From assembly GCF_009914755.1 (NCBI RefSeq), contig NC_060931.1: a stretch of 64,000 nucleotides of DNA. The stretch is one strand, 5' to 3'. The first letter of the stretch is position 1. Every line of letters starts with the position of its first letter. Source of the DNA: the human T2T-CHM13v2.0 reference genome, Homo sapiens. Shown piece after piece: positions 29,061-45,200 of the stretch. The notes beneath the pieces are model-generated. The model saw only the letters and a program-made list of their open reading frames with translations. It was not told the origin of the DNA and made no database searches. The translations under genes were made by a program, and so were the position numbers.

Positions 29061-32000
29061 AAAACCTCCATTGCATGATTATGAATTTTATTAAACCATT
29101 CTCCTATTATTGAATATTTGGGTTCCTTTTCCAAATTTTTAAACAATTAAAAATAATACTATGATAAAAAAAAACATCCTTTGACTCAGCATTTTAATTT
29201 GTGGATATTTATCTTATGGTAATAATTAAGAAGATGTGTAAAGATATGTATTTTCCTCCTGGCACTATTTGTGACAGCAAAAAATCAGAAACCTAAATAA
29301 CTAATGCATAGGATTAGTCAAATAAATTACAGCACATAATGGAAAATTAGAAAGCCAATAAAAAGTGTGCTGCAGACATATATCTATTTATATTAAGGGG
29401 AAATAATTAAAAATAATATGGTTGACCAGATAAACTTTAAAGGAAGTAAATGTTCATACGTGCATAAGAAAGTATCTGAAAGAATATATAATGGGGTTTT
29501 GCCAGAGGTCATCTCTAAGGAAATGGGGTTTAACTGCTTTTTTATGCTTTTTCTTACTTGTCCGTATTTTCTGATTTTTTGGCAATGCACACAAACTCTT
29601 TTAGTAAAAAGAAAAAAAATTAATAAAAGAAACTTAATTTTGAATAAAACATAGATAACTCCTCCCAGTTATTTTTCTTTTCTCAGAAGGAACACTGTGC
29701 CTTTGTGTACTGGACAAAGTGAACCGCATGCCCCCAGAAAAGAAACATAAAATGCCAACTGAATGACTGTCTAAAGCTTGTTATTATACGGAACCAGCCA
29801 ATAATTGTTTCCCCAATCTGAGAAACTAGACATTAGATTATACAAAGATATCCCTTTGGGCTTTTGGTTTGCTTCTCGGTTGACCACAGTAGGTATATTA
29901 CAAAGCAGTAATGAAAACACTTTCTATTTTTGCCAGTGAGGTGGGTTTTCTTTTAGAAATGAGGAAGACGATGTCCCTGAAGAGTAAGGCTACACACAAA
30001 GTGAGACATTCAAGTACCTCAATGGGAGCTAGTAAAATTAGAGCAAGAAAACTAAAACACCTTTAAGAGTATCTCAAAAGCTCGTGTAGCTGTAGAAGGA
30101 TTAAAACTGTGAATTTAGAGGTACAGGCAAACAGATCCAATCCCAAAGGCATTTTTGTTTGGGTGTCCCACACATTAAGCTGTAAATCTGAAACAGGAAA
30201 CTTGAAATCATTAAGGTCACATATTTATAACATCATATTCAATTAGGTTAGAAAAGTGCAATATCTGTCATCATGTCATAAAAATATGTGTTTTTCTCTC
30301 AGATCTCTTATAAAGAAAAGCTCCCTATATTGTTAAGGATAGGGCTGTTTTCAATCAGTTACAAGGAGCAATTCAATTACTAGATGGTTTAGTGCAGTAA
30401 CTGACTCCAGACTAATTTAATTTCTTTAGGTCTCTAAAGATCAATTGATCTGATTTGTCCCATCCCCAAAGGCTGTTTATGAAAAATTCAGACTTAAATA
30501 TCTGGAAATGAAATCCAAAACCTCGGCCAATTTCACACTACTTAGGTCATCTTGCAAACTTTCAGCTAGTCATGTAAGAGTGCTGTCTTTGCCCTCAGAC
30601 CATTGAAAGCTACTTAGCTTCATGTACATGTGAGTGCTCCCACATCAGGATGCTTATCCAATAAGTGGAAAATGTGGCCACATGCATTATCAAATCTGCC
30701 GTTGTAAAGAGCAGTCAGACTGAGTACCTCCTATCTTGTAAACCAATGTGCAACTACAAGGCTATTTTTACTCTAGGAGTAGTTTATTAAGACTATGAAA
30801 CATAGAGTTACATGGGATAAAAGTTGTTAGATGAAATGCTCATATAACAAGATGAAGAACTTGTAATTATTTTACATTTTTAGATTTATAAAATGCTGTC
30901 ATAAATGCCAGCTTATTTGATTCTCAGAATAAACCTCTGAGGTGAGCAGGGTTATTTTTTCCATTTTCTAGATGAGCGTACAGACTCAGAAGTCTGGTGA
31001 CTTCTCCAGGATCACTCACCCAGGAAAAGGCAGAGGTGAGACTCTAAGCCCTAACTTTTTTTTTCTCCCAATATATCACGTGTACCCCCATGGTCTGAGA
31101 CAGAAAATACGACACACACTATAAAAACGGATCACTATCACCCCACTGCATCATTGTCTCCATTCTTACTTAATACCTGAATAAAACTGAGAAAAAGTTC
31201 ACTTATAACAATCCCAACTACATAAACCCGGTCTGCAGCAGGGCTTCTGGCCCTCAGAAACAGGAAATAAAGTCATGCCTAAATGAAGTTGCCTTTTGCA
31301 AGTGGACTCCTTTGTGGTCCATACTGCTGGTACCACATTCTCAGTGACTTGTATCCCACCTAATTTGAGTTACCACTTGCCTTCTCTCTGGACTTTGCAA
31401 TGGATTTTCAATCACAAGCTCAAGTTTCTTTTCCTGATCTCAACACTTCCAACCAACTTGTCAAGCTCTCCAACTATTTAATCTTTCTTTTCTGCTCAAA
31501 TCCCATAGTTCCTGGCCAATGTTCAGCCTCTCCTGCTTGCTCCTCTGCTTCCCCACTGAGCCTCTAAGTCTGTTCCCCTAAATCAAACCCCCCCCTCACA
31601 TTCTGCCATTTGGGAAGGCTTAGGAAGGCTGAGACAGAGGTTGTTAAAATATGTAATTATCTTTTAATTTGAGTTGCCAAGATAGATTAGACAGAAGTGC
31701 TGAGGTCAGGAGATGTGGCTATATAGGTAACAAAGAGTGCAGCAGAAATGTGCAGCAGTTAGTAGGGAAATTACACAGATGTAGAGATAAGAAAATCAGT
31801 GGTTCTGGTGGCTAGGGAACTTCCCTGGTCAATTAAGACATTGGACCACATAAAAGAATTAGTGTGTTTAAGAAGTACAAATAATCAATTAGGTTTAAAA
31901 ATCTTCTCTTTGAAAAACAATTTTTGACATTCATACTGGGCAAAATATGTATCTCCATATAGTCATTACTCATCACCTCAATGGTCTCAAACTGCATGAA

Positions 32001-32571
32001 CCATTTTAATTGAGTAAAAAGTAGGGTAAGTTACAGGCACATGATTTCACTTGTCTTCTTAGAGGTCCTGAGGCCTGCCTGATGTCTCTCCTATTAAATA
32101 TAAGCAGTCTACTACATTGGTAAAATTATGTGACCTTGAATTAAATTACATCTCCTTGTTTCAAAATTCCCAACTACCCTTACACTCTTTGTGTTAGCAA
32201 ATATATCTACTTGGGAAGGTAAAAGGCTATCACGGTTCTGTTTCTCTATAGACTGCCACTCATTGAGACACGAAGCTTAAGAATGTCAAGAGGACTAAGT
32301 CTTTAATAACAACAAAGCCCTATTTTTTATAGTAGAATAAATGTCCTGACCAAAGAAACTATTTCACTCAGAAATTAAGCATATAATAGATCCAGTCACA
32401 GTAGCTGTCAGACTTAAGCAGTTGCATATGTACAAGGAATGGGGTGCAGAGAATAGAAGACTATATATAGTAAGGTTATGATTCTCTGGTGTCGAAAGGA
32501 GTGTGTTGTTACAAACTCCCTCTTCTCTTGATCTTATCTGAACAAGAAAGTAAACAGAAAATTCTCATTAC

Positions 32572-32648
32572 CTCTCAATGTCAGTGAGCCTGGAGGAATC
32601 CCGGAATCCTTTGGCAAAAGGATTGCTATCTATTTTCAGCTTCGTTAT
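32572..32648 (-). CDS. TBX20: TBX20 coding exon 6 (77 nt), end of T-box
   Basis: TTCTTTCTCCAG acceptor; ITKLKIDSNPFAKGFRDSSRLTDIE(R); donor GTAATG. Confidence 0.96.
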
Positions 32649-33809
32649 CTGGAGAAAGAATGGGTACAAAACAGTATCATTTATGAGGTCAAGGAAGTAA
32701 AATCAGAAACAGTTTGTTCATTCTCCATAGCACACCAAGAATATCTTAATGTTTCTCAGTGTCCTGAGAAGGGTGGAAAATGCTACACATGTTCACAAGA
32801 GGGACAAATCCCAGCCAGGTGGGATGGTAAGGGAAGGCCTCAGAGAGGAGGTATTGAGGACAGGCTGGAGGTTGACAGATAGATACAATTAGGGAAGGGA
32901 GCCTTTGAGGCAAAAGTAGATGTGAACTGGGGTGTGCAGTATTTAATATATTACATAGTATGTCAAAGGCTAGGGCTGAACAGAGGAATGGGAGAACCAC
33001 CTAAATGGGAGAATTATGCAGAATTCCAGCATCGGTAGAGAATGAAAGTAAGAATGCATCTGACTTGGTGACATCTTTTTTAGTACTGTGAGTACATATA
33101 CATACCATAATAGATAAAAGGTAAAATGGCCAATAATAGCCTCATGTTCAATATGATATTGATATACATGACATAAATACATGACATAAAGCCTTCTGAA
33201 TACAAATTTTCTCCTATTTCCCTTTCCATTTGACTAAATCAGAATCAAATTAGTCCATCTTTTGTTATCCCTCCATGAAATGTTATTTATAAACTCTATG
33301 TTTTTATGGAAAAACACATTCTAATAATAATCACAGTCTAAAATATTAAATGTCCATGCTGTGGTATTCAGAATTCCCATAGTACTACTATTAGTGTAGA
33401 AAGATCCATGAAATTATATGCACCATGACTCTGAAGGAGAATACGTTAAGTTGTAACAAGAAAATAAAGGAAACATTGATTAAAAGATACTCAACATGGA
33501 AAATACTGGAATTGTTAGAGCTGAAAGGAAGCTGAGAGACCATCTAGCCCATGGTCTTATCCGACAGATAATCACACACAGACTCAAAGAGCACAAGGGC
33601 CAAGATTCAGCTGGTCAGTAACTTAATTAGAACCAAGAAAACCTTTATGGAATCATAGCTTCTCAGTATCAAAATTAGAACCCATGTTCATCTCTAGAGA
33701 GAAATGCATGCTAAAGATTCTTAACAGGGGAAAAAAGTTACAGGTATGTCTTCTTCTTTCAAAGTAAGGAATACACAATCAAAACAGATAGTTTGAAATA
33801 CTCTTGCCA

Positions 33810-34106
<297 letters not shown>

Positions 34107-37100
34107 GAAATACTCTTGCCAAAAAGCAACTTTCTCCCCAGTCAAAGTATATCTATAGAACACTTTAAACTGTTAACACGTGAGGAATTTCTTTTTTCAT
34201 TTCAAAAGAAATGTGGTTTTTTCTTTTTCATGGTTTCTGAACACTTTCAGAACCAAGGCACAAGCTGCAAAGAAGCTATTTATGCCTCACTTAAAATGAA
34301 ACCTCACATACTAACCCAGCCAGAAAGACTCCTCTATCAATAACACTGGCAAATTATAAGATTAACTCTTTGATAATATTAATTTTAAAAAACATTTGAC
34401 AGTGCCTCAGAAATGCTCATTTTTAGCCCATGAACATTCACTGCTGAGCAGTTAGAAGAAAATAGCTATGCTATGAGCATTGGTAAACAGGGAAGCAAAT
34501 AAACTACCTAAATCAGAAACCTGTTCTCATGGACAGCAACAGCTAAGACATATATATGAAGAGAGATACAGGAAAGAGTTTATAGAGAACCTTCTCACAC
34601 ACAGCTACCACTCTCTGAAGAATGAAGCCTTGTTTCATCCACTTATTCCGACTAGGACTTGTTTTTGAAAGTCAGTTTTGGGAGGGAAGGGGAAAATATT
34701 TTTTTGTTTGAAATAAATTATAAACATCCTCTAAAGCCCAGGCAATCGATACAGTCTACGATTACAAATATCAACAAGATTTTTAAATCCTCCAGGACAT
34801 GAGCTATGTCTCTTTGTAATGAACAACTATACTTAAAATGCGTTCTACTTCTGCAGTACTTTATAGTTCATTAATATGCTTTCACAATAATTCATCAGCA
34901 AATAATGAGGATAAATCACCATGCACATGCACTGCGCTAGATGTCGGATGACATGCACAGCTAATCAGAGCTGGAACTGGCTCTAAATGATGCTAAAGAA
35001 GGTGGCACCACCTCCAACAAACAGTTAGAGACATTAAGGGTAAATCAAACCCACATGAAAATTTCAAACTGAAACTGTGAGGTGGAGCAATAAAGGTAAG
35101 GCTGCCTTTAAATAGCACATTTATAAAATTGAAAAGTAAACAGGCTTGCCAATGGATAAAATTTTCTACAGACAACAGATAATATATCTGATAAAAAATT
35201 CATTTTGAAAGAACTTTTTACAGCCATCTCTCTAAGATATGAATCATATCAAGCTTTTTCTGAGTCTTTACAAATGAAAAGGATAGAAGGTATTACCTAT
35301 CTGTTCTAATGATTAAAGATGGACTTTTGACATATTTTATCTCTGAAAAGAATTTTGAAAATCACATTTCTTGTTCTTTTTTCAAAAGATAAAGACTATT
35401 GGCTCATAATATGATTGAGAAGTTATCTTAAATTCTCCAGTGCTCTAATACCACAGAAAATACATACTCTCAAAACACATGTTGCTCAATTGACGTGTCA
35501 CCATATCTAATAATACTGCCATACTTTGAGCAAAGGAGTAACTTAAATTCAACATGAGTTTTCAAATGTCTTCGAATTTTCTCTCATTATGAGAATTATC
35601 TACTGCTAATATCATTTTAATCCAACTTTCATAAATCCTAGGAGTATCAGTGGAAATTTCTTTACATTTTGATATAATTTCAAACTTCAGGAAAGTTGCA
35701 AGAATAGTACAGGTGCTCTTATACACCCAGATTTACCAATTAGCCACAGCAATGATTTAGTTTTAGTGCACTAATTAGAAAAAGAATTCAAAACAATTAC
35801 ATTCTCTATTTCTATTTAATCTAATTCTAGGGAAAATAATTGCTTTTGCACGTGAGAACAGGAAAAAACTGAATGGATCTATTATCACTAAAATTGTATG
35901 GGAGCTCTGGGTTGATGCTACACATTCCTGAACAGCTTTTATGGGGTATTAATAATTAGCAGCACAGAGATTGTGGATTAAACTTCTTTGTGAGCCCACC
36001 ATGTTCCTTGTAGCCCACTGTCACTAGACTCTGAATCTACTAGGGTGTCCACAATAAGAACCCCACAAGTATTTGTTGAGCTTTACCTCAAGAACAAGCA
36101 CAGTGAGAAATATGATCTCACCTTTTCACCAATTATGAACTAAGTGAAACCATGAATTTACAGGAAAAGCATTTCACTTTTTAAATTTTAAGATAAAATA
36201 ATTTTTAAATAGCAAAATTTTAACATTCTAGGTAATCATACGTTTTAAAAGGTCAGACATAGAGTTTATGCCACAATATTTAAATAAAGACCAGTAGCTA
36301 TATAGAAATTCATTTTTAAGGTGTAGTTTTACATCTCTTTATGAAATTTGGGATAACTGAAAAAAAAAAAACAACACTGAGAACTAATGAGAAAAAGAAG
36401 CTGAGTTACAGACAGTGATTTCAGGTGGACACCATTTCATTCATGTCCGAATAGAGGATGCCTGCAGCTTGTAATGTTGTTGAACAAATCACGTTTATCA
36501 AAAGTAATCCTAAAAGAAGTATCAAAAATAAATCAGCTACCAAACATTGTATGTACAGAAACCAGAGATATGGCTTCTTTATAACTCACAACTTCTTAAA
36601 AGCAGCAATGTTTCTCACTTCATCAAGAGAAAACACTAACAAGCAAGGTTAGTAGTATGTGCTTAAGAAATGCTACTGTTTAGTGTGGGTCTACATATAT
36701 CCAAGTTACTAATTCAGTCCAAAACACAACCCTGCTTTTTCGTGTATTTAAATAATATAGAACATAATGCAATTCCTAACCAAAATGTTCACTCTTTTGG
36801 CATCTCTATTATCTTTAAGTAAATGTGTGGAGAGCAGATTTTGACACTACCTGCTGTGCAAAAGAGAAGGGGACCTTTTGCAGTGGTTATTCTGTATAAT
36901 ATCACTGGACTCTGAATCCAGCTAGGGTTCCCAGCCACAAGGTAAAATTGGCCCTCAGAGACCATTTCTCCAATTATCAGGAAAATATCTGACCAAAGGC
37001 ATTTAAAAATGAAACTTGACCTACACTTCAACTCTACAGCAATGGTCTGCCTGCTCAAAAACAATGCATGACCTTTCAATCTTAAATTATAAAATAGTTT

Positions 37101-38359
37101 GTTGAAAGTGTAATGTATTTAGCTTTTATCCAATAATGTAAAGAAATGCAATCATTCCCTCACAAAAACCAGAGAAAGAAATAGCAAATAAAAGGTCCTA
37201 CTTTCATTACTTACAAATGAAACTACAAGGCACAATAAATGAGGAATTTTTTCACAAATTGTTTTGGAAACTCTGACTTGGATTTCAATACACATAAAAA
37301 TAGCAGTCATATCCAAAGCTTAAGATATATGAAAGTGGTCCTAAATGTGAATTTTTAAATCTTCCTCTCTTTTCTTCTCCCTCTTTGTTCTTTGTATGTG
37401 AAAAAATTCTAATACTATACCTAGTATATATTTACTTTATTTCCTATATATTTATTATATGTTATAGGCTATTATATGCTGCAGGATATATTATTGTATG
37501 CTATAGGAAACTTACTACACAAACTTGGTAGAGAAGTGAAGTCACAGTAGATGGTAGAAGGCCTAGAAAGAGTCAAGGATAACTTTAGAAAATGACATAG
37601 GACTAATGAAAATGCTAACCCACAAGTTCATTTATTCACTGCACATATGTTTACTGAGCACCTACAAGAGGAATTTTGATTGGTCTTATGAGGTTCATAA
37701 ACCATTTGCGAAACTGCCCTGTCAGGATATAAAATCAAATTGTTGACTATTAACTGGATTTCTATTTTAAAGGCATATGGCTTTGTGCAAGCGGCTATGG
37801 TTTTAAAGGTGGATATCGAAAAATAAACTCAGACATAGTAGAATCTATGAGAAAATTAATTCTGAATTTAGTCACTTCCATTGTGGTTACTCAGCAATGA
37901 AATGACATACTAATCATATTAATACTATACTTAATGCAAGAAAGAATAGCTGGGCACTGATGGCTAGATTTTGATCCCATTTATGATATTAATTAGAAAT
38001 AAACCTTTGCCAAAGGAGCAACTTGTGTTGAAATGTGCATATTAGTATCTTCAGCTATTTTCATTACCCATATTTTCAAAGTCAGTTTTTGATGACACTG
38101 TCAGTGGTCACTTCCTTGGCCTTGCAATCTATCATGATGCCACCAAAAAGGAGGAATTAAAACCCAGAAGATCAAAAACCTCGTACTGGTTCTGTCACTT
38201 ACCAGATTTGTGACCTTGGGTGAATGTCTTAACCATTCTGACCTCAGTTTCTAATTCTACAAAATGGGACTCGTGGGGCCTTCTTCAAGGCATACAGTGT
38301 CAGAATTAAATGAGGTGTTTAGAAAAAAATGTGGAAAGATTTTTCTAAATTAAAAGTAA

Positions 38360-38780
38360 TAAATCCAAACCATGAATTTTAGCTGGATCCTAGTTCAGAG
38401 GGGGTTTAGGGGCAGTTGGTCTATCCTGAAAATTTTAATATAAACTGAATACTAGGTGATATAAAGAACAAATTCTTATAAATTTTCTTAGCTGTGATAA
38501 AGATGTTGGGATTACAAAAATAGTGTTCTCATTGTCAGAATATGCTTAAAGAGTGTTTAGAAGTGTCAGGAGGCATGCAACTTAGTTTCAAAAGGGGAGG
38601 GAAGAAACTGGGAAGGAAGAGGGGAAGTACGTTTGCATATAGAGAGAGGAAGAGGGAGGAAAGAGAAAATTTGGGGGAAAGCAAATTTGGCATTGCTGAA
38701 TCTGGATGGAAGGCATGTGAGGTTCATTTTACTATTTGTTTCGTTTTTTGTATATCTGAAATTTGTTCTAAATAAAAAAT
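38360..38780 (+). mobile_element. L1ME-like 3'-end fragment
   Basis: CTGGATCCT...GTGATAAAG...TGAATCTGGATGGAAGGCATGTGAGGTTCATT. Confidence 0.5.
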
Positions 38781-40808
38781 CAAGTAGAAAAACAAGAATT
38801 AAATTAGAAAATGTCATTAAAGATGTGGTTCCAGTTGGATACAGCGAGTACTAGCAGATATTCTGACCTCCTGTTAAGGATGATCATCATCGTGTTACAC
38901 TTGCTGATGTGTGGTGTGAGCAGCACATTTGTTTAAAAAAAAAATGAGCATAAAGAGCTGATGCTCTCTAAAATCAATGTCTCAGAGTCTATCAGGGCCA
39001 AGAGCTGAGAGAGGGTGAAGTTCTGCTTCTTTGGGAACAGCAGGCACTCACAGCTTAGGGGTTAAGGGCACTCCCTCTTGAATCTTAACCACCTGAATTC
39101 AAATCTGCAATGGGAGGAGCAAGGTCACTTCAGATGACTTATTTAACTAGTGCCTCAATTACCCCAACTGTACGATGCTGAATAAAAATACGATTGTTCC
39201 TATCTCATGATATCATTGAGAAGATCAAGTATGATTATGAATTCAAGTGGTGTCTTGCACATAGTAAGTACCCAAATGTTAGTTGTTATTTGTATTATGT
39301 AAATAAGACCCTCCTATGATATGAGAGGTCCCGCCAACACTTACGCAGTCTTGGTCTCTCACCTATTAAACCAAATCTCAGGCATTATACTTTAAAGTTT
39401 ACTAGAAACTTTAATTTTTGTTCATCTCTATAATTTTCACTAAAAAAAATAAAGAGGAAAACAATTTACCTCCTCCTGCTTTGGCCCTCTTTAAAAAGAA
39501 TTATGATAAAAGCAATGAGGTTTCCACATGAGAAGTGTCTATGCCATTCCCAAACATCAATAAGGTTTCTTAAGTGAGCATAAATTTAAATTGTTATAAT
39601 ATATTAGCATGGTGTACATTATAAAAGCTATGAAATCAATTAGTATAAATGAATGGAATGTTTTCGGAATCTTTTTGGAGCCTATGATATTTGCATTCCA
39701 CGTGCCCTCAAATAAATTAAAAACAGGATTGCTGGTTTCAGTGTTCCAGATTCGCAGAGAAACAGCATTAGTGCTTTAGGCCTTTGTAGGCTTCCATCTA
39801 AACCCCAACTTTTAGTTTGGGCATTCTCTGAATGTTTCCACTCCTGTGTTATGATCTTGGAGATAATTCAAAGGTTACAGTACTTGCCTTTACTGTAAGA
39901 TGATCGGCATGATAACAATTACGCATTAATTTCTCTATCTCATTAATACACCACTAAAATTTTAAAATACAAATGGTGACAAATTCTTTTTTTGACATTT
40001 CTGAGACAGCCCCATCATAACCACATGTCTTATTTACAGAGCACCTTACAGCTTCCAAAGGCTTAAACAAGCCTACACACACAACTACATTTGATCTTCA
40101 CAGCAATCCCCTAAAATGGTCTGGTCAGTTCTTGGCCCTAATATCTAGGTAAGGAAAACAGCAGCCACTGGTGAAATGAAATCTACTCAAAGTTGTATAG
40201 AAATCCTAGGAGAGTAAGCCTTACATACATCCACTCTGGCCATCTGCCCACATCCCTTTTCCAGGCTTCTACTACCTCATTTGTGTGAGGCTGGCTGTGA
40301 TGTCAGCTTCATCTTGCCTTTCCCGAGGGTCTCCACACCACCTCGCTTTCAGGTGACCATCCTCCCCGGGACTCTGAGCCATCTACCAGGCAGCATCTAA
40401 TAGCTACTCACTCAGAACCCAAAACCTAACAACATCAAGACAAGAGGAGAGCAATAGTCTTGGCTACCTATGACCAATGAAACAAACACAAGATACAAAG
40501 ACACAGAGAGGTCATAAACAACTGAATGTGTCAAGTAAACTGAGCATGTGACTTCCTTTTATATTGAAGTGTATGAAAAGGAATTCTATTTCTGGTCCGT
40601 TCTGATGGAGAGAAGTTACTCACCCTCTCTTAGCTTCAGCTTCCTCACCTGTGGAGTGTAGTACTGCCACAGCCCCTTAAGCTTACGCTGGGCACAAAAG
40701 AAGAAAATGTATGGGAAGTGTCTATCAGTACATGGCCCTTAGTATGGCCTTGATAAATATTTACTAAGTTGGAATAAGCCCTATGGATGAAGAAATGCAT
40801 TAATTTAA

Positions 40809-41127
<319 letters not shown>

Positions 41128-41165
41128 TAATTTTAAATGTGATGTACAACAGAGAGTAAAAAGCA

Positions 41166-41400
41166 TAGGTTGAGTATCCCTTATCTGAAATGCTTGGAAC
41201 CAAAAGTATTTTGGATCTCGGATTTTCTCAGATTTGGGAATTTTGCATTATGCTTACAGGTTAAGCATCCTTAATCCACAAATCTAAAATCTGAAATGCT
41301 CCAGTGAGCATTTCCTTTGAGTGTCATGTCAATGTTCAAAAACGTTTCAGATTTTGGAGCATTCAGATTTTGGGTTTTTGGATTAGGGATACTCACCCTG
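41166..41400 (+). mobile_element. Tigger4a (Zombi)-like MITE
   Basis: TIRs AGGTTGAGTATCCCTTATC / GATTAGGGATACTCACCCTG, 235 bp. Confidence 0.85.
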
Positions 41401-41946
41401 CATATAACTCAATAATATAAATTAGATATCTTGATGTTACATACTATGGTTTACTATCTAAAAAGACATTTAAAATCATTTTACCAGAATTATCTCACCC
41501 TAAATTATAGCTGAATAAACCTTACAAAATATCTAAAGTATCAGCAGTTTGGGCAGTTGGATAGAATAGGTGTGTTTAATTGAGCAGAGAAACTGAACTT
41601 TTAAATTTTATGAAGCAACAAGAACATGGTTATACATGTTACCAGGAGGAGGAAAAGGAGGCAAGTAACTTTCTGGAGAAGAAAATGTGAGAAGGCAGAT
41701 TGGGGTAGGTGTGGGTGGGGAAGTGGGCAGTTAAAAACCTGACCCATAATGTAGAGATTCTAGAAACTATAGTGTAATACACAGTCACTCAACACACTCT
41801 TAGAGTTCCTAGCCCTGAAACTCAATAGCTCTCTGCAAAGTGAACATCCATTTTGAGTATTGGGATATCTCTTCTCTCCAAGAAAATATAAGAACCTCCT
41901 AAATCCTTCTCTTATGCAGGAACTAAATTGTGAACTGTACACTCAC

Positions 41947-42105
41947 CAGTTGATTCTGGTAGGCAGTGACTGCCGTAAAAACTGTTTCTGGAAAGATGAA
42001 AGTTCTAAATTCTTCAGACTTCAGGTTGAGCAATGAGGCTGTGTGGTCTTTCTTCTTAATGATGTGCACCCTTGGCTGGTACTTATGCATTGAGTTCAAA
42101 ATTAT
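41947..42105 (-). CDS. TBX20: TBX20 coding exon 5 (159 nt), T-box
   Basis: TTTTTGTTGTAG acceptor; [53 protein letters not shown]; donor GTGAGT. Confidence 0.96.
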
Positions 42106-43929
42106 CTACAACAAAAAGATGGGAAGTACTGAATTTTACATACTTATACTGCTAAACAGGCCAAATTACAGTGAGGCAAGAAAGAACCAAATGGTCTACA
42201 ATTTCAAAGTCAATTTTAAGATATGGATCTACCCTTTCCAGCCTTAAGGCAAATCATTTTCACAAGATACTGCAGAGTCATTGTTGTGAATCACATTTTA
42301 CCAAAACAACTGCAAACCACACAGGTTGTTTCAAGTGTCCTTTCTAAAATGGTAAGGGGAGAGGTCATCTGAAGGATAAGTTTTACCTATTTTTAAAAAT
42401 CACGTCTTTTAAATACTTTTGGTTTGCTAGTCTAGTTAGACCAAAGGACGCATGTCTAAATTTTCTAAAATAAGAAATCACATATTCTAAGAGGCCAGAT
42501 TATTATTTATGGAGAAAAAAATAAAAGAGTTTAGAAAAGCAGTGGGGTGTTAGACAGACTTGGGTAAAAATTTTGAATCTGTCAGTTTCTAGTCCTTTAA
42601 TCCTTAGCCAGGTGATCTCATCTCCCCAATTCCTAGTTTTCTCATATGCAGAAACAGTACTAACCTTGTAGGGCTGGCACAGAGGAAACAGGAAGTGCTC
42701 AGTAAATGTGAACTGTATTATTATTAGTAATAGAAGGAGTATTTATGACAGCTTCCTTGATTTCTAACTTCTAGTTATTAAACCAAACTTGAATCATGAT
42801 AGCCATCTTCCATTCTGCAGCTAGTAAAAGTTGCCAAGTACTCAGAAATCATAAACACACCCTTGTTAACAAGGCAGCCAATAGGTAGTATTTTTCATAT
42901 ATCTTTTAAATAAAATATAAAAGCTAGCCATTATGAATCAGGGCAATAAAATTCAATTTCAGATATAAAAGGTTTCCCACATCTTCCCTCCTGTCACCCA
43001 GACAGCTATCTAAGTCTGCAAAATTTGGGGGTATGTCTTTCCGGGGATGAGAGGGCTCACATTGCATGCCCTCCTCTCCAAGGAGCTAGCAGAAAGCGGG
43101 ACTCTCAGGAGACATCTGACTATAAACAGCCTGGCAGGAGCAATGGCACTCTCTGCTGGTTGCTGCTGCTAGTCATGCAACTGATGGCTCCCCAGCTTTC
43201 TTGGCTAACCTGGGCAAGGGGCATGAGTGTTTCTGCCGATTGACTTTAGCAGAGTTGAATACTAGTCACTGTGGGATAACTGATATATAATCGCTCGCTC
43301 TCTGTGCTGAGATGTAAGCCAGCCTAAAGTTACGGGGTTTTAACTGCGATTGAATTTTGAACATGCTGCCTTTTTATGATCTCAAACTGGAACAGGAATA
43401 ACTGAAACAAAGGAGATCTTTAAATGAATCAAAATAATGTTTTTGAATGATAATATGATCTGTTTGCATAATACATTTATTCAAAGGATTTCAAGCGATT
43501 GATCCTCAGCCAAATACTTGAATAAAGTTGAAGCAGCAAAACCAAACATTTTCCTCCTATCACTAATATAAGAAAAAAAAATTAACATTCATCATATATT
43601 CTACTGGGAAGATAGGAAGAATTTTCAAATCACACCCACCCACCCATACGTACACATACCAAAATGGAACAAGCCCTAAGCTTTAAATAAGCTGCTTCTT
43701 TCCCCACTTCTACCACCTGAAGGTTAATTTCCTTTGGGAAAGGTTACTGGACAGACTCAGACCCCAGACTGAGCCTCTAAGACCCCAGAGCTCCCTGAAT
43801 CTCTGCTCAAGCCCTCCTGTGACTTGAAGACTAAGGAACACTAATAGAAACGTGGACTCTGCTTCACTCAAGAAATAATTCTTGAGAATATGAAAGTTTC
43901 CTTTTCTGAAACTAAAACTGCATCTATAA

Positions 43930-44352
<423 letters not shown>

Positions 44353-45094
44353 AGTATAAAAGTTTTAAAGCTAAAATGCATATAAGAAACCATCTAAGAC
44401 TAACCAGTTTTTTAAGGTATAATCTTGGTATAATCAGGCTAGACCCTAGAGCTTCTGAAATCTGGTTTAGAGCTATTACTACCCAACGAAGCTGATGCTA
44501 AAAGGAAAGCATTTCAATTATGGACAATGGATCTCAAAATGACTCTGAAGTCTTTTTGGAAAGACTCAAATAATTCCTCTAAAAGCTTCACTTATAGAAA
44601 ATTCTAGAATCATAAAAGAATTCCATCTTTCCCTGCAAAAATTTCCATTAAAGTTCAAGAAATTTTAATATAAATGACATTAAGAATGATCACTGACCTA
44701 CAAAAAAATCACTCCATACTTCATAAATTCTAAACTGAAAAAAAATTTATCAGTGGAAGCATGTTAAAAAAAACAAAAGAAAATTATGCCAATAACCTTA
44801 AAGATAAAGATCAACTATCTTTCTTTTTCAATACACAAAAAAACAGAAGCATATTAAGTTACTTCCAATATCCCAACAGCACCACCAGTAGAGTCGTGAG
44901 TTAAGTGGGTACCCTGACTTGGTTGTAATAAACACAGTCTCCTGTGGGCAGAGGGATAGTGCTAGCGCCTAAAGTGATTTATTTAGTTCCAGGTTTAATC
45001 CAACCATATGAAACCAAACCTAGAACTTTCTTATTATCTCCTTATGACCATCTTTGTTGAGAAAGGTCTTCAAACACTTCCTCTAAATTGCATA

Positions 45095-45200
45095 GATTTG
45101 ATCCTTACACATTGTATATATGTATCCAAATATCACATGTACCCCATAAATATGTACAATTATTATGTATCAATTAAAAATTATTAAAAGAAGAAAAAAA
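45095..45200 (+). mobile_element. L1MA-like extreme 3' end
   Basis: ATCACATGTACCCCATAAATATGTACAATTATTATGTATCAATTAAAA. Confidence 0.8.
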
